A stretch of DNA of 64,000 bases from Spongospora subterranea f. sp. subterranea (GCA_049724395.1 JAUGWO010000156.1:1-64000), one strand, 5' to 3'. Shown: positions 1-13,299, numbered from the stretch's first letter. Numbers and translations are program-made. Notes: generated from the letters alone by a model not told the origin.

Positions 1-2573
1 AGTGGGCTCGTAGATTGATTATTCCATCGCATGACAGATTAAGTACTTCAATAACGAGGTCTTTGTTACTGTGAGATCAAATTAGCCACTTAAATGTGCT
101 GGATTGACTTGAAGCAATATACAGGCCAGGAATCAATTTGTGAATTAAACTCATATAGAGGCGTTCCGTCATGCCACTTTGGAGCAGAAGGTGAGATGGT
201 TTTGGCCTCCCCGCATGAATGATATGAATGATGATCTGCTGACTTCTGTGAAAATTCAATCAGAATTCATGGTACATTGAAAATCAGTTCAGTATACAGG
301 CCATGAACAATTGCGAGGTGCAGTGCTGTAAGGCCTTGGTGATCAGCAATAATAGGATTGGCCCCTCTATCCAACAGCTCCTTCACCAAAACCTCCCTAA
401 ATTACCAGTTTTCTTGTGTCGCTGATCTGTGTCAAGGAACAAAATTACGACCAACCGTTTACATTTTATAGCAGTGTGGAGCAGTGTTGCCCCATTGTTG
501 TTCCGGTCGTTGATATTCATATGTTGTATGCATGAGAGAATGATTTCGTCTGTCCTGTGAGCACAACAGTAAAACCCTTAATGATTCGTGAGATTTGGTG
601 CGTTTACACTGCAGATGGCATTTGGATATGAAATGGGGTGTTCCCATCATTATCCGTTATAGAGGGATCGGCCCCTATGTCCAACAGATCCTTGACCACA
701 ACTCCCCTGAATAACCTGTTTTCTGAGGCGCTGAAACTGTGTCAAAGAACAAATTAACGACCAACCGTTCATACTTTACAGCCTGATGGAGCAGTGTGGA
801 CCCATTGTTGTTCCGGTGGTTGACATTCATATGTTGTATGCATGAGAGAATGATATCGTCTGTCCTGTGATCACATCAGTAAGGCTTTGATGATTGGTGA
901 GATTTGGTGCGGTTTACACTGCAGCTGTCATTTTGAAATGAAATGGGGTATTCCCATCATTATCCGTTATAGAGGGATCGGCCCCTATGTCCAACAGATT
1001 CTTGACCACAACTCCTCTAAATAACCAGTTTTCTGAGGCTCTGAACTGTGTCAATGAACAACTTTACGACCAACCGTTCATATTTTACAGCCGTATGGAG
1101 CAGTGTGGACCCATTGTTGTTCCGGTGGTTCACATTCATATTGTGTATGCATGAGAGAATGATTTCGTCTGTCCTTTGAGCACATCAGTACCAACTTTGA
1201 TATTTGGTGAGATGTGAGCGATATACAATGCAGACGTCATTGTAATGTGAAATGGAGTGTTCCCATCATTGTCTGTTATAGATGAATCGGCCCCATTGTT
1301 CAACAGAATTTGGATGATGTGTAAACTAGGAAAACGGAAACACAAGTTTGATGGCGCAATACGAAGTACACAGTAGATTTTGACCAACCTATTACCAATA
1401 ACTGCCTGAAAGAGAGCAGTTTCCCCAACATCGTTTCTGATATTCATTATATCCGATGTCGCATATTGACTCCTGAGAGATCAAATCAGTGGCTTCAATG
1501 ATTTCGACAGACCGGTTAACACTATACAGGTCATTATGAGTTATTCTGCCACTTGAACCCACAGAAGGTTCCGTTATCCCATTCTGATCCAGAATATCGA
1601 CCGTTTTTTTTCGCCTCGCCGCATCAATTATATTTATAATGATCTCTTCACTCCTGTGAAATCTCAATCAGATGTGTTCTATATACAAATAAACAGATCA
1701 GAGCAGTTTACAATTCATTCTTTACTGCAAGGTGTAATGGCGTATTCCCATATCTGTCAGCAATTATGGGATCGGCGCCTCTGTCCAACAAACTGTTGAC
1801 CAACAAACTTCTATAAACCGGTAGACATCATTGAAAGGAGATTAAATTCAATCAGTGTACACGACCAACCGATTATAACGAACTGCCATGTGGAGTGGGA
1901 TATCACCAGCCGAGTTCTTGATATCAATAACTTGTGGTTTCAACATTTTGATCTTGTCCAAGATCTTAATGACGGCGATATTTCTATAAACGTTTGAGAT
2001 AAGAGCTGATACCATGTGATGAGGAATATAATACAGGCCCCGAAAAACGGCGATGTGCAATGGAGTATTCCCATATTGATCCGTTAACAATAGATTGGCC
2101 CCTCTGTCTATTATAATGTTGGCGACATTTTCCCTATTGACGTTAAATGACCTGGAAAACAGAGCCTTTGTCACCTTTAGTTTACCGGTTGTAATAAAGT
2201 GCCATATTAATAGTTGTGGTGCGAAGTGTGAATGAACTACCCTGTGATGTTTTTAATTAGTGTAATATTGTATCAGTCCCACTACAATGTTCAAACCATT
2301 CCGATCCAATGACACCACATACTATAGCTGAGTGGAATTGTATAGGGGCGATTAATGAACTCCTCCTCAATCTCATAAGCCAATTTCTCAGCTATTTCAT
2401 CACTAGATAATCCGACTGGTCATTTTACAGCATAACTCAAAATAATTACTCGGTATGGACCCGTTTTCTAATGCAGTATGTAAGACATCTTGTGATGTTT
2501 GAACAATCATTGAGACCCCCGACCTCAATATCATCATGATCATCACAATCTCTGCAATACCTGTTCCTGTCAT
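1..2573 (-). CDS. Multi-exon ankyrin-repeat protein with putative signal peptide, copy A (3' end runs off the window)
   Basis: ATG at 2573 gives MTGTGIAEIVMIMMILRSGVS-MIVQ (hydrophobic N-terminus). Spliced exons carry ankyrin motifs (DQYGNTPLHIA, SAGDIPLHMAV, DVGETALFQAV, DNDGNTPFH, NNNGSTLLH), separated by ~50-nt GT-AG introns. A ~310-bp module is repeated 3 times (anchors near 492, 802, 1111). Confidence 0.85.
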
Positions 2574-3092
2574 AATGATATCACAATAATGACCAATTAC
2601 TTCTAATGATTGTGATATAGATCACCAGACTGTGATATAATACAGTACAGGGGCTATAATTATATCGTCTGTCACATTATTACTGTAACAGACGAGATAT
2701 CAAATACAACTGGACACTAGATAGAGTATGGTCAAGTGGGTCTATACTTGAGTTCGGTCTGGAGACTCGACCAATTAACAATCCACTGACCTGTGTAGAA
2801 ATGGCCTGGACAGACCGTAGATATTCATCCTGATTCCCTGGAACCAGATCACCTAGTTCAGTGCCCGATTTGTCCCAGCACAATCATTATTCCTTCGGTG
2901 CTTCGTTTTTACTTACTTTCTATTCCACGATATCCCAACCTATGTAGAAGCTGCGAGATCGCTACAAAAATTCGTGTTCAATCAGTGGGGCTTTGCAATA
3001 CATGTCCTTGACAGAAATTTCAATCGGATTCAGATTTGAACGTACGGAATTATTTTCTCAGAATCACCAACAGATCATGGAAATCGGTCCTA

Positions 3093-3330
3093 CCCAGCCC
3101 GTCTGATTAGTCGATCCGCGTTTTGCCGATTTGAATGAAGTTAGGTATGAATTGTACCTCGTTTCGCGTGCTGTTGATGAAGGCAGCGAGACTGCTGTAC
3201 GCGGTCGTTTTCCTGACTGCCTTGCCCACTTGGAGAGGCCCAGAATTGCCGCCGTTAATCAGGTCGAAGTTGCACTTGTCCAGCAGCCACATAATTATCA
3301 TGTCTCATTTTCGTAGGCCGTCATTCGTAC
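3093..3330 (-). pseudogene. Fragment of a Harbinger-associated Myb/SANT-like ORF (arm B copy of 24790-25017)
   Basis: Translates to MIIMWLLDKCNFDLINGGNSG...KTTAYSSLAAFIN and is nearly identical to the arm C copy. Family assignment is by motif resemblance only. Confidence 0.45.
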
Positions 3331-3657
3331 CGACACGCGTTGGGTCTGTGTGCCCCTTCCATGTCGCACAACCCAACCCTTATTGCCATATCATCAGGGT
3401 TTCACCGACAAGGCGTTCGGTGAACTCAGTGACCTGACGCAAATCTGACACCCCTTTCGCAAAAACCCTTTGAAACTGCACAAAATCAGCCATTATAAAG
3501 CGTTGTAAAATAGGAAACGTTTTCAACTCTGTGGAATATTTTAACTTTTGATACCCCCTACAATTAAAAGTAAGTACTCCCTCTGTTCAGAATTAGTAGT
3601 CCGATTTTCGCACTTTCTCAAGATTGAGGCAGATTTTTGTCCGAACATACCGCAGAC

Positions 3658-4400
3658 ATTCTTGTTTTTTCGTTCGGGATAGGACTGCAGTGACAATGTT
3701 TTATCTGACACATCCAGGATCATTGGCTAAAGCTGCGTCGTTGTTCGGTATGAGCAAAGCGACTGCTTTGCGTTCCGTGAAGCAAGTCGTTGCTATTTTG
3801 ATCAGCATCATGCCTTCCGTAATCCGACTTCCCGAAACTGCCGAAAAGTGGGAACCTCCGGTTTCATAACTTCTTCAACAGGATAAGGAACCATGACAGA
3901 AACGGTTGCCTTATAGCCAGCATCGGCAACAACGTGCTTCCCTTTTGGTACGACTGAATCAATAGTAGACCCAAACTCGGAATAGTTAAACATTGCCTTG
4001 TCGTTCGCCGATCCAGGTCGAATATCGAAAGATCGAAGCTTGCCTCTGTGATCAACAACCATCTGGACATTAAGGGCTGGATAACCTTTCCTACAGTACC
4101 AACCCTCGTAGTCATGTGGCCGCTCGATTTGAAACAGACATCCATCAACGGACAGCACACAGTTGGGGAATCCACAGATCTTTTCCATCCCTGAGGCAAG
4201 TTGTTCCCACTTTTCGGCAGTTTCGGGAAGTCGGATTACGGAAGGCATGATGCTGATCAAAATAGCAACGACTTGCGTCACGGAACGCAAAGCAGTCGCT
4301 TTGCTCATACCGAACAACGACGCAGCTTCAGCCAATGATCCTGGATGTGTCAGATAAAATATTGTCACTGCAGTCCTATCCCGAACGAAAAAACAAGAAT
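3658..4400. repeat. Inverted repeat of Harbinger transposase sequence: 198-bp arms (3658-3855, 4203-4400) with a 347-nt loop
   Basis: Direct comparison shows the arms are reverse complements, with 3 mismatches counted by eye. Confidence 0.95.
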
Positions 4401-4701
4401 TATGATATCGAATCGGATCATGGCACAAAATCCAGTTGTCGTCAATCAACTTGCAAATGTAATCGAATGACTTCTTTGAGCAACGGAATTGGTTGCGAAA
4501 CCATCCTTCGTCGAATACGCTGTTGTTATCAGCCACAACAAAGAGCGAATGTCGCATGGAAAATCTTCTACTGATGGGTCGTCGATGACTGCGCCCATCG
4601 CCTTCATCATCACTATCCAGAACGACCGCCAGCGCTTGCGCAATGACAGATATCACCGCTGGAACAACGATCGAAGCCACTCTCCTACAACGGACCATCA
4701 T
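3856..4701 (-). pseudogene. 3'-truncated PIF/Harbinger transposase (DDE_Tnp_4-like)
   Basis: Motifs FRCSKKSF, HTH-like LAEAASLFGMSKATALR, GFPNCVLSVDGC (D1), YCRKGYPALNVQ, PGSAND and VADAGY (D2). The ORF breaks into the inverted copy at ~3855, before the last catalytic E. Confidence 0.9.
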
Positions 4702-5123
4702 CTCTATTGATTTATTTCGACCGAAATAGAGGTCCAAGACCTTTATAAAATAAATAGAGATGGCAGTTTGTCCGTGGCCAACAGATCGCTCCGCATGTTT
4801 TCGGACCTCTATTTATTCATCTATATTTCTTACTTTAACCAGGCTCTTAGATCTTTTCACGAGGTTTCTTTTGGTATGCTGTTCGCCCACTTTTGAGAAA
4901 TGGAAACCTGCGTTATGGCTCGCTCAAAATTCCTTTTTCGAGGCCAAGTTCTTTTTTTTACGTTCCGCTGATGGCGTAATACTCTCGTGACGACCTTGAC
5001 AACTGGATGGTAAGAAAGTACTCGTCAAGACGAATCATGTGATATGTCGAACGGGCCAGAATGCCACGTTTTACGGTTTTAGCGCGCGTTTCGATTTGAC
5101 TCTTTGTGAATGGAGTCCGTTGG

Positions 5124-5770
5124 CGCATTGTGTTCTCATGGTAGTTCGTTACCGTATTGTGAGTTCGTTACCGTATTGTGATCTCATGGTAGTTCGTTAC
5201 CGTATTGTGATCTCATGGTAGTTCGTTACCGTATTGTGATCTCATGGTAGTTCGTTACCGTATTGTGATCTCATGGTAGTTCGTTACCGTATTGTGATCT
5301 CATGGTAGTTCGTTACCGTATTGTGATCTCATGGTAGTTCGTTACCGTATTGTGATCTCATGGTAGTTCGTTACCGTATTGTGATCTCATGGTAGTTCGT
5401 TACCGTATTGTGATCTCATGGTAGTTCGTTACCGTATTGTGTTCTCATGGTAGTTCGTTACCGTATTGTGATCTCATGGTAGTTCGTTTACCGTATTGTG
5501 TTCTCATGGTAGTTCGTTACCGTATTGTGTTCTCATGGTAGTTCGTTACCGTATTGTGATCTCATGGTAGTTCCTTACCGTATTGTGTTCTCATGGTAGT
5601 TCGTTACCGTATTGTGTTCTCATGGTAGTTCGTTACCGTATTGTGATCTCATGGTAGTTCGTTACCGTATTGTGTTCTCATGGTAGTTCGTTACCGTATT
5701 GTGTTCTCATGGTAGTTCGTTACCGTATTGTGTTCTCATGGTAGTTCGTTATCGCATTGTGATCTGATGG
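5124..5770 (+). repeat. Tandem array of about 22 copies of a 29-bp unit, GTATTGTG(A/T)TCTCATGGTAGTTCGTTACC
   Basis: Head-to-tail units with no spacers. The main variation is a single A/T position, with one shortened unit near 5160. Confidence 0.97.
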
Positions 5771-7054
5771 GTGTCAATTCCGATATTGACAAAGAAAAGC
5801 GTCAAGTTATCTTGGCAGACCTTCTGATCTCGTGCAAAGACAGTCGACTTCCGAAAGGAACTACCAGTCGTATTGCGCAGAAGTTCTCTGTGTCCACCAA
5901 GTCTGTCTCCAGGATTTGGTCAGCCGCAAAGAAACAGATTGCAAATGGTGAAGTTACCGATGTGAGTTCGAAAAGAAAGGGTAGATGTGGACGAAAAAAA
6001 CAAGATCGAGAATCAATTCAGGAGAAGGTTAAAGAAGTTCCTTTAAGGCAGAGATCCACCCTAAGAAGCATTTCATATGCCACTAGAATCCCCTTGGGAA
6101 CCCTCTTCAATGCCTTGAAAGAAGGAAGTATTAAGCGGGTCAACAACTGTGTGAAACCCACATTAACCGAGAATAACAAAAGGGAACGAGTTCGATTCGC
6201 TCTTTCCATGATCGATCCAGGATCCATTTCGAATGACTTTCAGGGGATGTTTGACACGGTCCACGTTGACGAAAAGTGGTTTTATTTAACGAAGGTCAGA
6301 AAAAAGTTTTACCTTGCTCCAGAAGAAGATGTGCCATATCGACACGTCAAAAGTAAACGCTTTATTACAAAATGATGTTTTTGGCCGCCGTTGCAAGGCC
6401 TCGATATGACCCCCACCGGAAAGGAATCTTCGATGGGAAGATTGGAATATGGCCAATTATCAAGACGGAACCAGCCCAGCGCAGCTCCAGAAATCGTCAA
6501 AGAGGTGCCATGGTGACCAAGCCGATTGAAGTGAATTGTGAGGTTTATCGCGATCTGATTTTACAATGCGTGATACCGGCAATCAAGAAAACAAATGGCC
6601 TGTCGGAAGCAAGCAAATGCAGATCACAATTCAACATGATAACGACAGGCCCCATGCGTCAATCAACGAAACTGTTGTCGCCCAAACTGGTTCATCCGAT
6701 GGCTGGAATTTATCACTGGTCTCTCAGCCACCTAATAGTCCGGACTTCAACGTTTTAGATTTGGGCTTTTTTAATTCGATTCAGTCTCTGCAATACCAAC
6801 ACGCTCCAAAGGATATCAATGAGTTGATTACAGCGGTTGAGTTAAGTTTTGCCGAATTGTCAGCGGAGAAGCTTGATGATGTCTTCCTATCGTTACAGAA
6901 AGTGATGGAAGGAGCGATGCTTGTTCGGGGATCGAATTCGTATAAGCTACCACATATGCAAAAAGCACACCTACGAGCGCAAAGTAAACTTCTTTCGGTT
7001 ATTTCGTGCAGTCAAGAGGCTATTGACATTGGTAAGGACGAGATCGACGCATAA
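5767..7054 (+). pseudogene. Mariner DD39D transposase with two frameshifts (~6372 and ~6590)
   Basis: N-terminal HTH, VHVDEKWF (D1), KRFITK/VMFLAAVARPRYD, FDGKIGIWP, IQHDNDRPH (D2), QPPNSPDFNVLDLGFF (D3). There are 39 residues between D2 and D3. The frameshifts sit in A-runs and could be sequencing errors. Confidence 0.92.
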
Positions 7055-7124
7055 TTCAAAAATTAATAGAGCAATTGAACAAAAAAATGTGCGCAATCGG
7101 ACAACTAATTCTGAACGGAGGGAG

Positions 7125-7500
7125 TATAATAATGTGTGTGTGTGGATGACACAACACAAGAGGTATTCAACAAAACTGAGTGGAGTAAAGACAACAGAAT
7201 CAAAATCCAATGGCTCAAACAAACATCTTGTTCAATGAGTACCCACCAATAGACAAATTGTCGATTAATGGACAAACCATACAAACAACAAAAACAGCGC
7301 AATGCTTGAGAGCAACGCTAAACGCCAATAACGAGAAAAAACTCAACTTTCACTATTTAACTGACAGAAGTGACCAACGATATAAGGACACGATGTAAAC
7401 TGGTACGATAAATGAGCAAAAATCGGATACCACACAGAACATATCAGCAAATATGTCGAGGATTTATAGGAGGGAAACTGAACTATTATCTACCCGAAGT
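7125..7500 (+). pseudogene. Decayed non-LTR (LINE) RT C-terminal remnant upstream of ankyrin copy B (continues from ~3525-3576 before the mariner)
   Basis: STLWNILTFDTP precedes the mariner. A degenerate xxDD region follows, then ...NILFNEYPPIDKLSINGQTI...CLRATL and RGFIGGKLNYYLP. It is paralogous to 24370-24586. Confidence 0.55.
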
Positions 7501-7656
7501 GTAAAAGAAATACGCGCGGCCTTGATTTTACACCACGGATACACCTAGCGCCATTGGTGACGGCTGTGGGTAACCCTGCTCAACCCACGGACTATTAACA
7601 CCCAATTCATGAAACCCATATCATAATCCATAATTGGTCATTATTGTGATATCATT

Positions 7657-10600
7657 ATGACAGGAACAGGTATTGCAGAGATTGTGATGATGATGATGAT
7701 ATTGAGGTCGGGGGTCTCAATGATTGTCCAAACATCACAAGATGTCTTACATACTGCATTAAAAAACGGGTCCATATCGAGTAATTATGTTGAGTTATGC
7801 TGTAAATGATTAATCGGATTATCTAGAGATGATATAGCTGAGAATTTGGCTTATGAGATTGAGGAGGAGTTCATTAATCGCCCCCATATAGTTCCACTCA
7901 GCGATGATATGTGGGGATATTGGATCGGAATGGTTTGAACATTATAGCGGGACTCATACAATATTACACTAATCAAAAACATCACAGGATAGGTCATGGA
8001 CACTTCGCACCACAACTATCAATATGGCACTTTATTACCACCGGTAAACTACAGGTGACAAAGACTCTGTTTTCCGGGTCTTTGAACGTCAATAGGGAAA
8101 ATGTCGCCATCGTTATGATAGACAGAGGGGCCCATCTATGGTTAACGGATCAATATGGGAATACTCCTTTGCACATCGCCGCTTTTCGGGGCCTGTATTA
8201 TATTCCTCATCACATGGTATCACATCTTATCTCAAACGTTTGCAGAAATATCGCAGTCATCAAGATCTTGGACAAGATCAAAGGGTTGAAACAACAAGTT
8301 ATTGATATAAAAAACTGGGCTGGTGATACCCCACTCCACATGGCAGTTCATTATAATCGGTTGGTCGTATATACTGTTTGATTTTGATCTCCTGTCAAGG
8401 ATTTCAACCGGTTTTTAGGAACTTGATTGTCAAGAGTCTGTTGGACAGAGGGGCCGATCCATCTATAACGGACAATGCAGGGAACACCCCATTTCACATT
8501 ACAATGCCATCTGCATTGTATATCGCCCACATTCACCAAATACCAAAAAGTTGGTACTAATGTGCTCACAGGACAGACGATATCATTCTCTCATGCATAC
8601 AAAATATGAATGTCAACCACCGGAACAACAAAGGGTCCACACTGCTCCATACAGCTATCGTGATGAACGGTTGGTCGTAATTTTGTTCTTTGACACAGTT
8701 CGGCGCCTCAGAAAACTGGTTATTCAGAGGAGTTGTGGTCAAGGATCTGTTGGACAGAGGGGCCGATCCCTTTATAAAGGATGATGATGGGAACACCCCA
8801 TTTCATATCAATATGCCATCTGCATTGTAAACACACCAAATCGCACCAATCAGCAAAGTTTTTACTGATGTGCTCACAGGACAGACGAAATCATTCTCTC
8901 ATGCATACAACATTTGAATGTCAACCAGCGGAACAACAATGGAGCAACACTCCTCCACACCGCTATAAACTGTAAACGGTTGGTCGTAAGTTTGTTCTTT
9001 GACACAGATCAGCGCCACAAGAAAACTGGTAACTTAGGGAGGTTTTGGTCAAGAAGTTGCTGGATAGAGGGGCCAATCCCATTATTGCTAATCGTCGAGG
9101 CCTTACAGCTCTGCACCTCGCAATTGTTAATGGCCTGTATAACTGAACTGATCTTTCAATATGCCATGAATTCTGATTGAAGTTTCACAGAAGTCAGCAG
9201 ATCATCATTCATATCATTCATGCGGGGAGGCCAAAACCATCTCACCTTCTGCTCCAAAGTGGCATGACGGAACGCTTCTATATGAGTTTAATTCACAAAT
9301 TGATTCCTGGCCTGTATGTTGCTTCAAGTCAATCCAGCACATTTAAGTGGCTGATTTGATCTCACAGAAACCAAGACCTCGTTATTAAAATACTTAATCT
9401 GTATTGCGATGGAATAATGAATCTGCGGGCCAAGGACGGGCGAACTGCTCTTTTTATGGCAGCTGGGCGTAGGTTGGTCAAATTTACTGTCTAGGTCTCA
9501 TCAGATTTTTCAGCTTTTTTCTTATCAATAGTGCTGAAATCGCTCAAATTCTGTTGGAGAAAGGTGCCGATCCCACCATAACGGATAAAATCCCCTTGGG
9601 CCATTTCACGACACATCCATGTAAAATTATGAAATATCACAATTTCAAAGATTCAATGATGTGCTCACAGGACCGACGAAATCATTCATCTCAATGATAC
9701 AACGTTGATGTCAACCACCGATACATTGATGGGTCCACAATTCTCCATTTTGCTATTAGGCTTCGTCGGTTGGTCGTAATTTTTGTTGGACACTGACCAG
9801 CCCTTCAATACAACTGCATTGTTAGGGAAGTGGTGGTCAAGTATCTGTTGGATAAAGGCGCCAATCCTACTATTGCTGACAATTCTGGAAATACAGCACT
9901 GCACCTCGCAGTATTCAGTGACCTGTATGCTGAACAATTTTCAATATATTGAATTCTGATTAAAATTTCACAGAAATCAGCAGATCATCATTCATATCAC
10001 TTGATGCGGCGCGGCCCAAAGCATCTCGATAATCTGGGCCAAAATGGAATGACCCAAATTTATGGGAGTTTGAATGGAGAGATTGAATCATGATGATCGG
10101 TATATTGCTTCAAATGTTAATCCAGCACATTCAGGTCACTGAATTCATCTCACAGACAAAGACCTCGTTATTGGTACTATCTTATTGCGATTTTGCGGAA
10201 TAATCAATCTGCGTAAACCCAATAAGGGTATCGAACTGCTCTCTTTTTATGCATGGCGTTGATGCGCGTAGGTTGGTCAAATTTACTTCTGGACTTATTA
10301 ATCGTTTACCTTTTTTGTTTTTAACAGCCCTTCAATACAAATGCATCGCCCAAATTCTGTTGGATAAAGGTGCCTGATCCCACCATAGCGGATAAATGGA
10401 AATACACACTATCGGCCATTTCAGTGACACATTCATGTAAATTGATAAAATCTCACAATGAAAATGCAGATTCAAATATCTACTTGATTGGGAAGTGACC
10501 CACAGGAGAAGGGACGAATCGGTATCTTCATCTCAACCATAATTCAAAACGTGGATATCAACTGAGGAACCGTCATACACTGCTCTCTTGATGGGTTAAC

Positions 10601-12200
10601 AATTCTCCATCTTGCTGTTAGGCTTGATCTCAATGATACATCGGTTGGTCATTTTGATTTGTGCTTTTTTTTGACACTGACCAGCCCTTCAATACAAATG
10701 CATTGTTAGGGAAGTGGTGGTCAAGTATCTGTTGGATAAAGGCGCCAATCCTACTATTGCTGACAATTCTGGAAATACAGCACTGCATCGTGCAGTATTC
10801 AGTGACGTGTATGCTGTTCAATTTGCTAATATTATGGTTCTGATTGGAATCTCACAGAAATCAGCAGATAATCAAATATATACTTGATGCGGCGCGGCTC
10901 AAAGCGGCCGATAATCTGGGCCACAATGGAATGACCCAAATTTCTGGGTGTTTGAATGGAGAAGGGAATCATGATGATCGGTATCTGCTCAAATGTTGAT
11001 CTAGCACATTCAAGTCACTGAATTCATCTCACAGACAGATTGCCGCGTGCGAAATAATCAATCTGAGGAACCGTCAGGGCCAAACTGCTCTCTTATTAGC
11101 GTTTTTGGTTTTTCGCGGTTGGCAAAGTTTACTGTCTGGATGTGAACCGTTAATAATGGGGTTTTGTAATGCATTGTTAGGGAAGTGATGGCAGTGCCAA
11201 TCCTACTACCATACAGCACTGCATCGGCAGTATTCAACTGTTGTTTGAAAGAGGTGCTGACCCGATAACTTAGCGGATAATGATGGGAACACACCCTTGC
11301 ATTTCGATATGCCTGGGTTTCTGTAAATTGCTCAATCTTCATCAAATATTCAAACATGATTTGAATTGCTCACAGGACGGACGAATTCATTATTTCGACC
11401 ATCAAAAACATGGACATCAACTACCACAACAGTGATGGAAACTCTTCTCCATAAAGCTGTTATATGTAATCGGTTGGTCGTAATTCGTATTTGACACTGA
11501 TCATCATCTCAATAAAAATGATTTTTTAGGGAAAACGTTATCAAGGATCTGTTGGATAGAGGCGCCAATCCCATGGCTCTTGACTATAAAAAATACAGTT
11601 CTGCACCTTGCAGTAGAGCATAACCTGTACACTGATCGAGTTTTGATATATTGTCAAATGATCTGATTTATATCTCACAGAAGTGAGCAGATCGTAATCG
11701 ATATAATTGAACGCAAAGGCTCTTCGTCAAGTGAGGCAGGATAACCTGAAGAGACGGTTTGGGTTCTTTGATGGATTGCTGAGTCTTTTTGGCCTGTCCA
11801 TGTTCACACATATGTCTAAAACATCGAAATCGCTAAATTCATCTCACAGGAAACCGCAAGACATTTTCTGTGGAACGTGGGACCAACAACTACTCAACAT
11901 GCAAAACTGGTGTGGCAAAACTGCTCTACATTTGGCAGTTTCGCAACAGCGGTTGGGCAAAATAGGCCTGATCAACCACCTTTGATTGATTGACTAATCT
12001 GACTAAATTTCAGGGTCGATCTGGTTCGGGTTCTTTTGAAAAAAGGCGCCTCCCGCACCTTCAAGGCTGATGGTGAGACAGCGCTGGAGTTGGCTATGAG
12101 AAAGAAGAAGGCAAACAGTGACACCAATCGCCGCCACAATTGTTGACCTTTTCGAAAACGATGGCGTTGAACTGCATTGTATAAAACTGCTGCTCTTTAG
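7657..12200 (+). CDS. Multi-exon secreted-type ankyrin-repeat protein, copy B (indels in this assembly; 3' end approximate)
   Basis: Spliced start MTGTGIAEIVMMMMILRSGVSMIVQTSQDVLHTALKNG|DDIAENL...|ENVAIVMIDRGAHLWLTDQYGNTPLHIAAFRGL|NIAVIK...GDTPLHMAVHYNR|NLIVKSLLDRGADP. The last exon reads VDLVRVLLKKGASR...GETALELA. Confidence 0.82.
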
Positions 12201-13299
12201 GCAGATTTCACTCGGTCCACGTTAAAAACACAGTAGATTTCGGTTTGTCGCCAAACACATTCTGAGGTCGAAAAATCAGTGCGGAAAGTGACCATTCCGT
12301 GAAAGAACGCGATCATTTGAATCAGGGACCATTCATTATCTCGCCGCCATTGCTCATCAGGTCGGAGCTGCGCCACGCGGATCAATCATGTACCGCCATT
12401 GACTCAACACGATGCCATGCGCCGGAAAATTGGCCTGTTCTTCCATGTGCACGATGAGTAATCGCTTGGTACAAGTTTGGTGGGAATACGGTCTCACATT
12501 GGATACGGTGCCCAAGTTTCATTCTGTTTCAAAAGGCGCATCCAACTTGACCAACCATCATCATTACTGTGTTATGCCACATTCTCAAATCATCCCACCT
12601 GTTGAAACAAATATCCAAATCGTTATGAAGCGATGGATGGCGCCACATTGGGGATCACAACATGCTGGTTCGGGTTGGGATTTCAGTGAGATGGTCGATA
12701 ATTTCAATGCTGTTTATCGAAATGTTCAAGATGACTGAACACGATTAATGTTCCAGCTAAGCTCGGATTGAAAGCGGCCTTACCGCAGTGCGATGTCGAT
12801 ACTGGCGAAGAAATTTTGATTTTACAAAAAGTAGCCGACAGCGACGAAACTTCAAAAGAAACTTCAAAAGCCAGGATCGAGAGGTGGCTCCGCACTTTAA
12901 ACGCCACTCCATGACCAACTTTGATAGGACAATCTGGCCAAGAATTGTGAACATTCACAAGTCCACTAGGGTGATTAACAGAGTACGGTTTTCAAAGATT
13001 GTCACGAGCAATATCACATGATCGATATCGGTGAGGCAAAGGAGTACGGTAGCCTGACTCAATCGACACTTCCAAACAATCGGCGCAATGCACGACGCGG
13101 CCACTTAAATCAAAGCAGTAATCTGAGTGTCCATTGTATTGGAAGAAAGTAAAACGTGACAGACGGTGACAAGTTACTCTGTCCTGTTCAAGCGACAATG
13201 TGATACAAGGCGAATGGTCAAATTGTGAAGTCGTGAGCGGTCGGCGAGTTATTGGGCCATGAGAAGATCCGGCTCGCCAGTCAGGCGGGGGCATCAAGG

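Larger units (their letters stand above)
3577..7124 (+). mobile_element. Mariner-like DNA transposon (plant-type DD39D, Stowaway-like TIRs) with internal cargo
   Basis: ~30-bp TIRs CTCCCTC(T/C)GTTCAGAATTAGT(A/T)GTCCGATT start at 3577 and end at 7124. TA target duplication at 3575-76 and 7125-26. The paralogous empty site ...TAAG-TA-TAATAATG lies at 24533-24534. Confidence 0.93.

Noticed and set aside
2641..2687. TA-CAGTA...TACTG-TA upstream of copy A as a mini-element related to the CAGTACGGG TIR
   Set aside because: Only 5-7 bp of inverted match, which could easily be chance.
5124..5770. 29-bp repeats as a CRISPR-like array
   Set aside because: The units are contiguous with no unique spacers, there are no cas genes, and the context is a eukaryotic transposon.
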